The position numbers and the translations under genes are program-made. From Sarea resinae (Eukaryota): a stretch of 64,000 nucleotides of DNA. Shown one piece after another: positions 1-11,280 of this stretch. Location: the NCBI GenBank assembly GCA_026026165.1, contig JAPEUD010000011.1, forward strand, positions 186,001-250,000. Reading direction: 5' to 3'. The stretch's first letter is position 1. Each line of letters begins with the position of its first letter. The notes below the pieces were generated by a model. It was not told the origin of the DNA, did not search any database, and saw only the letters and a program-made list of their open reading frames with translations.

Positions 1-3000
1 GTATTGGAAAGCAATCTTGTTAAGGCTGTTCTCTACGACAAGTCTCTTGAAAGCGAGTCGAGATCGTAGATGAGTTTGGAAGAGGCAAGTCGCGTTCTCC
101 TGAGCTTCTAGAGAGAGGGGATCGTCTCCTCGTACCACAACAAGTCGGCTGATCATGTCTCGGACTTTTGGAATGACGTCGTTAGGGTGTAGGTCACTCT
201 GCGATCCCTCTCTGATCCTGAAGATTGATTTCGCAGTATCTATAATCCGAATGACGTTGATGGGAAGCGGTATTGTTTCCGAGTCCTCTTTGAGCTTGTG
301 CTGTCGAAGGAAATTTCGGTCTGCTTTGAGCTGCTCCCACTCCGCGTCGAGATGACGTTGAACATCGATGTCACCTTGGATTTCACGCGCTTGTTCGAGT
401 AGCTCCGGGGTGATGCCTCCTTTCGGATCCATGACGTCGACACGGAACTTCTTCTCGAACTCTTTATCCGAACAAAAGACGACGTCCAGACGTTGCGATT
501 CAATGTGAACACCGTCCAATCCATCTTCGCCGTAAACGAACTGCACGATGTCTCCCAGAGAGTTTCTGACAGTACCATCATATTTGGCCATGACATCCTC
601 GAGAGCCTTGACCAGTCGTCGCTGAATATAACCAGTCTCAGCTGTTTTAACGGCAGTATCGATCAAACCTTCACGACCAGCCATGGCGTGGAAAAAGAAC
701 TCGGTTGGAGTCAGACCACGAAGATAAGAATTCTCCACAAACCCTCGTGATTCTGGGGAATAGTCATCCTTGGTGAAATGGGGGAGAGTACGATATTTGA
801 AGCCGAAAGGAATTCGCTTTCCTTCAACTGACTGTTGACCGACGACAGCAGTCATTTGGGATATGTTGATCGAAGAACCCTTAGAACCAGAACGAGCCAT
901 TTGGATGGCGTTGTTAAGATCTTTCAAACTCTTCTCTGTCTGATTTCCCGCCTCGTCACGCGCAGTATTGAGAGCCTTCGATACCTTACTTTCGAACGTC
1001 TCTCGGACGTTCATACCAGGCAGGGGTTCCAGAGTGTTCTCAGTGGCCTCTTTTGTGATATCTGCCACTTCAGCTTTCTGCTTGGACACCGCGTCCTGAA
1101 TTTGCTGGATCGTCGCTCGATCAGGAATGGTGTCTCCAATACCGATACTGAAACCATTTTGCAGGAGCCAGTAATTGACGACAGTCTGAGCACCGTTGAA
1201 GAATTTCATCGCTGCTTCAGGTCCGGACTCATTGAAGATAACGTGAATGACACCATTCGAAGCTGCACCCACAATGTTCTTCTTGAACAGACCATACATC
1301 AACTCTCCATTATGAATCCAGATCCCGTCATCATTCAATGGAGTCCAACCTTCGGCACTCGGCCGTATCAGATTCAACCCCTTAGGGAGGACGAGACTGA
1401 TGATCTGCTTGCCCGTCCAGCGGGGTCGCGGCTTCAAGATGGCTGGTTGGGGAATCACACCATCCCAATCTGGTACCCACAGCAGGACATTCATGACATC
1501 TTCCTTCGACAGAAAGACGTCTCGTCGGCACATCTTGTAAACGCCACAAAGGGTATCCTGCACGATACCCATAAGAGGACCGTTTCGTTGGGGCGACACG
1601 ATATTCAACGGGACCATGCAAAGCTGACTGATCTCGGCTCTAGTCTCTTCGCTCTGAGGTACATGCAAGTTCATCTCATCACCGTCGAAGTCAGCGTTGT
1701 ACGGAGAGGTGACGGAAAGATTGAGTCGGAAAGTCGAATATGGCATGACGCGTACGCGATGACCCATCATAGACTCTTTGTGTAGAGACGGCTGCCGATT
1801 GAAGATGATGAAATCTCCATCGATAATATGTCGCTCTACCTTCCATCCATATTGCAGGGATATCTCTCCTGCTCGTTTGTGATACCTCAGATCTATCCGC
1901 TCGCCTGTGTCACGAATCACGTACTTGGCTCCAGGGTGTTCATTCGGTCCATTCTTGACAAGCTGGTGAAGCCTATGGATGTTGTATGGCGTCACAGTCT
2001 CTGGATAGGTGAGTGTCCTCGCGATACTGCGAGGTACACCGACTTCGTCTAGCGACAGGTTCGGATCACCCGTAATGACAGTACGGGCCGAGAAGTCCAC
2101 ACGCTTTCCCATCAAATTGCCTCGCAGACGGCCTTCCTTTCCCTTTAGACGGGCGCGAATAGATTTGACAGGTCGGCCGGACTTTTGTAACGCCTGGGGC
2201 TGGCCCGCGATATCGTTGTCCATGTAGGTAGCCACATGGAATTGAAGTAGAGATTCGAATTCGTTGACGACATGCGCTGGCGAGCCTTCTTGTTCGCATC
2301 GTCGGACATTGCCATTCGCGCGGACGATATCGCCCAGCTTGTATGTAAGATCGTCCTCCCCTCGCATACCTTTTCCAGTGCCATCGACAGAAATACTAGG
2401 CCGGACCGGCGGAGGTGGAACGGGCAGAACGGTGATGATCATCCATTCGGGTCGCGCATAGTCATTACTGAGACCAAGTTTCCTAGCATCCTCAGTAGTT
2501 ATGTGGCGAAAGATGTTGAGGACAGTCTGAGGTTTGAGTTCTCGCTTTTCCGGCTGCTGGTCCTCATTGTCTTCATCGCCCTTTGGCAACTTGTAGGTAC
2601 CCATGAGCTTCAAACCCTCTTTCCGTATGACTGGCTGCAAATTTCCACATCCGCCATGGCTGCGCTTCTTGGCAGGGTCCTTGGATACGCCGAAATCCTC
2701 ATCATCGGGCGACGCGTCAGTTTCGCAGACCTGCTTGGCCTTACATTCTCGCCAAACGGCATCAAACCGGCGTTTCGGATCTCGAATCCGAAGTGCATCC
2801 ACGAACCTTGGATTGCTCTGATGATACGCATGTTAGCATTAAGCACGAAGAAGAGGCCATCCCATAGGGACGACTAACTTCATCTACCAAGATCTTCCCG
2901 CAGTTATGGCAAACCGACTCAAGGAGTTTCTTGATCTTGGTCATGAAACCTGGAAAGAACATTAGCGTCTTAAAGCTTGAGCAGAGAAGGTCAAATACCA

Positions 3001-3353
3001 ATATGAAAAACGGGCGTAGCCAGCTCAATATGACCGAAATGTCCAGGACACTCGCCCATATCTTCATCGCAAGTTGCACATTTGACAGCACGGTCGATCG
3101 TTCCAAGGTGAGCATCGTTCAATCCTTTTTCGCGAGTGGTCTGCTTTGCATCATCCTGTGGAAGCGGTCAGCGCTGATTCGCCACCTTTCTTTCCGACAA
3201 GAATGCTTGCTAATGAAGACCTACCATAGTCTCAGGATACTCGATATGGACCACGCTCATGCCCTTGATCTCTTCGGGTGAGAAAAGTCCAAACTGGATC
3301 TCCTGGATCGTGCGCAGCGGCGCGCTGGAGTATTTGAAATTGAGGTTCGCCAT
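1..3353 (-). CDS. RPB1: DNA-directed RNA polymerase II largest subunit, 5' portion (runs off window start); 3 short introns near 3156-3224, ~2950-2998, ~2818-2878
   Basis: Manual minus-strand translation from ATG 3353: [75 protein letters not shown]; later [17 protein letters not shown] and [13 protein letters not shown] (catalytic Mg2+ motif, ~1670-1705). The main exon is absent from the ORF track because it runs off the window edge. Confidence 0.98.
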
Positions 3354-4137
3354 GGTGATGGTTGTCGACGGTTCGAAGTTTTCAGCGTAAGGTGCTGTCG
3401 GTCTTCACAGGATCGCCTTGTCGCTCCACGACTTCACTTCCGGCCTTCCAACCCCAAAATTGCCCTGCTTCGACTCGAGATGAGATGCCTCGCTGGCCAA
3501 GATGGAGAATTGGCTCGCGTCGATGATGTCGTGCCTGACGGAACGCGGCCAAGGGCCGTAGGTCGGGCCAGGCGATGGCGCCTTCGACCGAACTCGCCAC
3601 TTCAGGACCCGTCGCTTGCACGAAAGAAAGACAGTGAGGATCTTCTCTGCGAAATGAGTGATCAGATAGAAGATTTCGCGAATGCAGCAGCGATAACCTT
3701 CGATGGTAACGGGGGGTGATGGTGGTGACAGTGGTGAGGACTGCTGTCAAAGGGAGATGATCTGGATTCGCCTCAGCGGGTCGATGCGATCAGTTGTAAC
3801 TGTCTCTCAGCCGCCAAAATCTCTCGTGAATGACTAATGCGATCGGCGGAGCCGCACCGTGTACCCATGTACCCATCCATGGATGTACTCCGTACTCGTA
3901 GTGGTTCGTGCCTGCTGCTTCAAGGCTCGGCCGGGTACGTACTTGGCTTGCTTAGATAATACAATCGGGAGGTGAATGAATGCGATGTTTGGATAACAGC
4001 TTCGTACGTCAGGTGGCTGTAGGTGAGGGCGATCTGCTTCTCACGAGAACGAGATCAAGACTGAACCGACGCGCCTATGCTGTTGCTGCTGTTTTGTGGA
4101 TGATGATCAATGGCCATTGAGGCATTCACCTCTCATC

Positions 4138-5852
4138 ATGAATCTCTCACTTATTGATCCCTTCGTCCTGGCTCAGGACTATCCGGATGCTCTGACGGCC
4201 AAGCTCCGTGAGCCTACCCTTCGCCGATCAAGACACGTTCGCTGACGATGATTGCATCCAAGGCAGTGGACATGCGACCTGTATAAGATTCAATCGCAAA
4301 GGGGATCTCCTGGCTTCTGGCAGGGTACGACGCTGTTGATGCGATTCAGCATGAGAATACTCTTCTGACTTTCACTTCCAGGTCGATGGGACTGTTGTGG
4401 TATTTGACGTCGAGACCAATGGCGTCGCGCGAAAACTGCGTGGGCACACTCTGCAAATTCAGTCTCTGAGGTAAGCGCAAGTTCTAAAGAAGTAAACAGA
4501 TCTATGCTGACTGCCCAAGTTGGTCTCGAGACGGCCGATATCTTCTCTCCTCCTCCCAGGACTGGAAATGCGTGCTGTGGGACCTGAAAGATGGCTCCAG
4601 AGTCCGGACCGTCCGCTTTGAAGCGCCCGTATACATTGCAGATCTGCATCCCTTCAATCAGTGCGCGACAACCCTTAACCCGGAAGGAGTATCTTAGCTG
4701 ACACGTCTCGCTAGTTTAATGTTTGTTGTCTCGCTTTTCGAGGCTCAGCCTATGCTTGTCGACGTCTCAGACGAAATACCTCTCAAACGCGCCCTTCCAT
4801 CGGCACCAAAGCGACCGCACGTCGATGGCGAAGAGATCAGCGAGAAGCAGGCGGCGCAGGATGCGAAACAGACGACAACAGTGACGGTTTTCTCTGCCTC
4901 CGGAACGCATATCATTGGTGGGACTAGCAGAGGCTGGCTGAACATTATCGAAACCGAGTCCTGCGAGACGATACATTCGGCGCGACTCTCAAATGGGGTG
5001 CTGATCTTCTTTCGTCTTTCAGCTTCGGGCCGCGACATTGTCGTCAACTGCAGCGATAGAATCGTTCGAACGGTACATCTGCCTGACTTGACGGACGCAA
5101 AGGTTGATCCGGACAAGATCAAGATCGACGTGGAGCACAAATTTCAGGACGTAGTCAACAGACTGTCGTGGAACCATGTCGCTTTCAGCGCTACGGGAGA
5201 GTATGTGACTGCTTCTACATACATGAACCACGATATCTACGTCTGGGAAAGAGGTCATGGCAGTCTAGTCAAGATCCTCGAAGGGCCCAAAGAGGAGCTC
5301 GGTGTTGTCGAGGTACAGTCTCCCTAATCTACTTGTTTCAATACATATCTCACGCTTGAAACCCAGTGGCACCCCCATAGACCTCTGGTAGCAGCCTGCG
5401 GTCTCGACTCCGGCCGCGTGTACATCTGGTCCATCATCTCCCCGCAGCGCTGGTCAGCACTAGCGCCCGACTTCGCAGAAGTAGAAGAGAACGTCGAGTA
5501 TATCGAGCGCGAAGACGAGTTCGACATCCACCCGAAAGAAGAAATCCACAAGCGGCGGCTCGATCTCGAAGACGAGGACGTCGACGTCTTGACCATCGAG
5601 CCCGTGAAGGGAGAGTCCGAGGACACGGCCTTTTTGATGCCCGTGCTTCTTGATATCGATGACAGCGAAAGCGAGGAAGAGATCATTGCGGTTGGGCCAG
5701 GCACCATGCGGAGGAAGTCTCCCGGCGAGGGCAGGGAATGGATGAATGGCGACAGCGGCGGGAGTGGTGACGAGCGGGCGGCGTCGAAAAAACCTGCCGC
5801 TAATGGCGTCTCTAAGACTCAGAGTCGTAGTAAGAGACGGAAGCCAGATTGA
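4138..5852 (+). CDS. SWD1: COMPASS/Set1C WD40 subunit Swd1 (RBBP5 homolog), 5 introns
   Basis: MNLSLIDPFVLAQDYPDAL..LRSGHATCIRFNRKGDLLASGR|VDGTVVVFDVET..QSLSWSRDGRYLLSSSQDW..HKFQDVVNRLSW..QRWSALAPDFAEVEENVEYIEREDEFD, typical of Swd1/RBBP5. Confidence 0.95.
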
Positions 5853-6649
5853 AAGCTATATGATGTATCAGCATCACGTCTACACATACGATGATTTGAG
5901 ATACGAACTTGACCGGTCCGACCAGTCGTTCTGGTATCTGCAGGCACCCTTGCCCGAGTATCCTCCTTTTCTCGTCCTTGGAGCTCGACCCTAAACGCCC
6001 CGCAAGGTCTGCCAAACCGTCTTTCGGCATTATGGAAGTCTTAGGTCTTTCTCAAACGACCATATCGAGCATCCATACACTCGTGCAGGGTAACACAACT
6101 CCGGCCACAAGAGCCTTAGGATCGCACCCCCACCACGAGTCTGCATTCTCGTTCATCAAAGTCAACTGCAGAGTCGCACAGACATACATGTCTTACGCGT
6201 CTCAAGCTCATCGACATACTCCACTTACACAGTCACCTCTCACGGAAGCTTAGCCGCCCTTCTTCAAGCCATCGAACCAAGTGTGCAGTATGATGACTCG
6301 AAAAAGAACAATACCAAAGCACCAATAACGCGAGTATTGCACCGTGCGCCTAGAACCTAAACGTGCACACCCACATGCTTACGCACTACCTACCTTTGCC
6401 ACCCCTGTATCAAGTCTGGTGGAACGGTCAGAAAGAAGCCCGAGTCCAGCAGGACGCGAGATACATAGATGGGTAGATAGATAAGCACCAATCTAAAGCC
6501 CCCGTCTCTCTGTCTTGCTCTCTCTGTCTCTCTCTCTCGTCGAATACACAACCGCACAGCCAAGAAGACAGCCAATTCCAAGACGCGAATGTGCGAAAAC
6601 CGGGCTATCTGTGACTTAAAATAATTCGAACATCCTGCGACCTATCTCG

Positions 6650-7754
6650 AAGACATTATAGAGGACAAGACGTAGACATTTTTACACATTAATTTCATCA
6701 CATGAAAACACTTAAAGAAACTGCATTATCACTCGGTATCGAATCCGCAGAATACCTAATTACAGTAGAATCAGCACGTATAAAGAAGCAAGGTAGCTAG
6801 CTTCTAAGTGTAACCAAACACCCACCTATACAGTAACACCAAACAATCCCTCTAATATATCCAAACTAATGCTGTAGCTATCCCTTGACTATAAAAAAGA
6901 TTCAGTGTCTATAGAACTACTAAAAGCAAGAGAGCTTAGAACTACTAAAAGCAAGAGAGCTTATAACCTTTTTTTAAGAATGTGAATACAGTCTAATTTT
7001 ATATAAGGTCTAGTATAGTAAATAGTAGATAAACTTGTTCCTACATACGCTGAAAAGACTACTCTACTGTGACCTAGCTTATCTCAGTTATGCCTATTTG
7101 CCTTCCTATCATATATATAGTAGCGCTTCTTATGTTTAAGTAGTGTTGTAAGGTATATAAACACAATAGCTAATTTTATTTCATTTTATACTCAACCTGC
7201 AATTGCGTTATATAGGCGTACTTACACTGGGTAATCTGCGATTTTTTTTAATGAAGGCAGTCTGTGGGTTACAATACTCTACAGGGGATACTACAGTCTC
7301 TAGACTGTTCTTCTAGGTTTTCTACGCGTTTTGCCTTTTATTATTTGGTCATCTTATTATTTCATTATCCTATTATTCTATCACGTCAAAAGCAAACAAA
7401 AAGGACAAGAAGCATACAAAGCTAATAAAGAGACAAAACAATTCACTAGTGCGAGTGCTAGGGCAGGCATGATTGAATTTTCTACTAACGCGCACCTTTA
7501 CCTTTGGCTTCACGTTTAACTTCATCCTGATCTTCGCCTTCGCCTTTGCCATCGCCTTTATCCTTATCTTTATTTTCACTTCTACCCTTACCTTCCTCTT
7601 AATGTCAGTAGTTTCCTATGACAATAATCAGATCACGTCTCTATTCAGAGAAGAGCAAGGGAGTAGGGTCCCAGCTAACAGGATTCAGAGCAGTTCGAGG
7701 GAAGCTAAGGCTAGCTAGGACAGGGTACTCTGATTTAGCGTTTTACAACGACAT
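6650..7754 (-). pseudogene. RIP-mutated, AT-rich relic of a formerly coding sequence (acidic E/D/G-rich segment recognisable)
   Basis: Abrupt TpA-rich composition. The minus strand has a pyrimidine-rich leader then catcatcATG TCG TTG TAA at 7754. At 7600-7450 it reads GAG GAA GGT AAG GGT AGA AGT GAA AAT AAA GAT AAG GAT AAA..CGT TAG TAG, which reverts to an acidic ORF by TpA->TpG/CpA changes. Left boundary approximate. Confidence 0.65.
6912..6961. repeat. Perfect 25-bp tandem duplication (TAGAACTACTAAAAGCAAGAGAGCT)x2
   Basis: Read directly at 6912-6936 and 6937-6961. Confidence 0.95.
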
Positions 7755-8360
7755 GATGATGTGATGATGATGTGATGTGAGAGGTGCTGGGACTTGATTT
7801 ACGCTATAGTACCGGAGAGCTCGGAAGAAAGAGTTCAGAGAAGATGGATGAAATGCAATGGCGAAGAAAGATAAAAGGGGGAAAAATCGAAAATCGAGGG
7901 GAAGGGGAAAACCGAACGGGAAGTTGGGGAAAAGAAAAGAGATGTTCGTTTTGAAAGTAAGCAGGTGCACAAATAAGAGAAAAAAGGTAAAGTACGCAAG
8001 TCCTTCAACTCCCTCGACTCCCTTGCTCGATAGGAAGATAATACCAGAAACAGTTTCGAGGTCCCAATTGCATGCGAGTGAGCGAGGCGTAGGACATCAT
8101 AACATAGAATCCCATCTCATGCCATCCAATGGCGTTGACTTCAATCTGGTATCTTACCATGTTGAACCGAACAAGACAATGGCCAATGATTGTTCTCCTT
8201 GCTCAAGAGCGAGCTAGATACGGAGAAGTATGAATGATGGTGGGGTTGGCTTAGAAATGCGATATTGGATGTCGGAAGAGAGCGTCTCTGCCTTGATGTG
8301 CCTAATCTTTTGTTCTTGACGCCCGTACAGATGGCGATATCGATTCTGTACGTCTTTCGT

Positions 8361-10567
8361 TCAAGCGTTCGAATCGTGGACATGGCCAATAGCATCAGCA
8401 GCAGGAGTAGGAGCATCCGTAGCACCATCCGTACGCGCCTGAGACCGACCACTTCCAACACCCCCATACAACAAGCGGGCATCATTTCTCATCTCCGTGG
8501 GTCCAAAGCTCTCCAAGTAGTGATCCAAATCGCCCCCAAAGCCAACAGGAAGCACGCACTCACAACTCGCGCAAACAATCAACGGACACCCGAGGCACTT
8601 ACTCAACGCATACCCAGGGCAGATGCAGCAAGAAGTCTGCCGATTACGCATGATATCCGTCATTGGGCGTCCAGCCTGGCTCAAGCTCTCTGGCCCCGCG
8701 GCGTGCACAGAGATGGGAAGGAAGGTGACGTGCTTTTCGTGGCTGATGATATGCATGCGGCGGTATGCGCAGCCGTGGCACATCTTACTTGCCGCGGAGC
8801 GGGGCACGTTGGTGTCGATTAGCAAGATTCCGCGGCCCGGGAGACCCCATGTCTGTTCGGTGAGACACCAGTCGCAGAACTTTTTGGAGTGGACAAAGTT
8901 CAGGCGTGCGAGGATGAGAGTAGCAGAGACCTTGCGGTAGACATCGTTAGGGATCATGGGTTCCGGGAATGTGTTAGGGACGCTGGCTGCGTAGTTGGTG
9001 TCACCGATGGTTGGGATGCGGGCGTTCGGGGCGGTGGGGGCTGCAGAGCTGGTGGAATCGAGCGGTTGGGGGACATCTTCCCTATTGTCGAGGGAGAGAA
9101 TGTGGCTGATGCAATGAAGAACTGCAGCGCGTCGGCGAAGTGGTTCGGAGATGTGACCATCTGTTGTGAGGATGCTTCGGATCTCTGCTGTAATTCTTCC
9201 GCGAACATCAGGGATGACACCGTTGTTGAAGGGACGAGGGCGTCTCTTGGGTACCTCACAGCGATACAGTGGATTGATGTGGTTCACGCCTTGTTCGTGC
9301 TGTCGCTGACGTGCCAGTGATGGAAGCGGGGGTGGACCGAGCGGTACAAGCAGAGAGCTTGTCGCTTTGCGATCCTGGTTCACGGCACGAGCTGTGGCAT
9401 TGTCTTGACCGGCCACTGCGACGACATGATGGTTGAGAGATGAACGGCGAGGGGCATTCTGCACTGTCCGGCTGATTGGAGTTGGTGTAGTCCCCCCTAG
9501 TAGCGGACGACGGGAAAGGGTTTGGGGAGTCTGGCGTTGGGCCGCTTGATGTCCTTCGTCAAGGGCTGGAGCGACCTCTGATATTGTGTCACTCTCTGAT
9601 GGGAGGTCATGATGAGTCTGTAAGGTCAGCGAGATTATGAGCAGACATACTGAGCAAAAAACATAAGAGAGACGAAGATTGGGCAGCTCTTCATACTTAC
9701 TGAGAGAGTCCCTGTAAAAGAAGCGGTCGCCCCGCCCTCTTTTCCTCTGGTCGGAAGTATGCTCGCGTTTCTAGAGTCCTGCATTTTGGTATTGTATCAG
9801 CCGACAGAGAACAAAATAATTATCAATAGAACCTTGCTCGACTTACTATGTGAGGCTTCACTGAAGGTATGTCAATACTTTCATTCACCATTTCCGTCAG
9901 ACTCCTTTGCTCATCCTCTTGATGAGTGAAGTTGCCGTTTCTTGGCAGTCTCTTGATTCCTGCGGTAGGTTGCGTTCGATGGATCGGCGTTGACTAGAGC
10001 AAGTCATTTTATATCAGCAGGATGCTTTTTGTTTTTTTGAAAACCTGCAATTTGACATTCGCATTAGATGGGCGTTAGAGCACGCACCGGAGCTACAGCC
10101 TTCCGAACCGTGCTTGGAACTTTCGTTGGCGTTGAGTGTGCTAAACCTAAGCTGCGAGGCTTCATCTGAATTTGTGTCAGATCATCTAAGTCCGGAACAT
10201 TCGATGAAGATGATTTGTTGAGAGTTAAGCTCTCTGGAGTTGAGTTTAATGCCAAGTTGTGTGAAGCTTTGATCTTCAAATTTGGTTTCTTTGGAGTTGC
10301 GTTCTCTGTTGCCGAAGTGAACGTCCCCGTCATTAATTCTGCATGGTCTCTCTTCGGATCCCTCTTCCCTAGTTTTGGTGATCCTATTTGGCTGTCTTCG
10401 GACAAGGTAATTCGGCTGGGTGTACTATCACCATTTTGAGTAGATGGGGATGGCTGAAAATTTCCATCTTGCGGTCGCGTGTTTTCAAGCAAGATCGGAA
10501 TTGGCTGAGCACTAGAAAGCCCAGATGTTTTCCTGCCCTTCCTGGCTGTCTGTTTGATGCGCGGCAT
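8361..10567 (-). CDS. Uncharacterised ~653-aa protein with H3-tail-like N-terminus, S/T/P-rich disordered middle and Cys-rich C-terminal zinc-binding domain; exons 10567-10088, 9993-9847, 9778-9701, 9617-8361
   Basis: Three phase-0 introns (GTGCGT..TAG, GTAAGT..CAG, GTAAGT..CTGAC..CAG) join ORF 10064..10882 to ORF 8361..9464 in one stop-free frame. N-term MPRIKQTARKGRKTSG; C-term CDWC-x28-CHGC..CCIC-x7-CLGC-x4-CASC. Confidence 0.8.
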
Positions 10568-11280
10568 GATTTGAGTCGGACTTGATATAATTGACGAAGG
10601 CCTACTGTGGGCTGCGCCGCAGAAATCAACACCGGAAGATGGGATTGTACAGGCAGTCAACAATGCCAGCAGCTGGCACGGAGGCGTTGGATGAAGTTGA
10701 TGACAGGCGGAGAATTGACTCAATTGAGAAAAAAATAAAGGGAGCTCACTTATTTGTCGAGTTCGACACGGTTCACTGAGGCTCGGCTCCAAAGTGCATG
10801 AAATGGACGACAGAGCGAATTGGCAGTCACGTTGATGACGCGTTGATGATAAAAATGAGATGCGATGTGATTGAGGGAGCAACAGGTCACCTTTAATTTC
10901 TCTGACGGGTATCCTTCCGGTTGACGTAAGTGCTTAGAATTAAATGGCAAGAATAGGGTTCCATTTGAGGCTATTCAAGGAAGGTGCAGCTATGAGAACA
11001 TGCGACGCATACGAAATCTAAATTCAAGACGCCAGTCATCACCGTGAGAACGCATGCAGACAGCCGTACGATTGAGCTATGATGTTAGCCTTGTGACACA
11101 ATACTAGAAAGAATAAAGGGGTTTCAAACTAGGAATCGCCAACCAACTCCATCCGCATTTGATACGTTCATGATGAAAGCATTGAAATCTGTTGCATGCT
11201 AAATGGTGCTGACGAGGATGGTCACAATGCCAAGCTCTGCTCATGAGGAGCCTATGATATGGAAGACTCTGCTTAGCCCT

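Noticed and set aside
835..1785. 316-aa plus-strand ORF (and 2272..2877)
   Set aside because: Antisense shadow of the RPB1 coding exon; no recognisable motifs.
7373..7718. Alternating KIKIRIKAMAKAKA / FTFGFTFNFILIFAFAFA ORFs resembling amyloid or membrane peptides
   Set aside because: Off-frame readings of the RIP-degraded acidic hexamer-like repeat.
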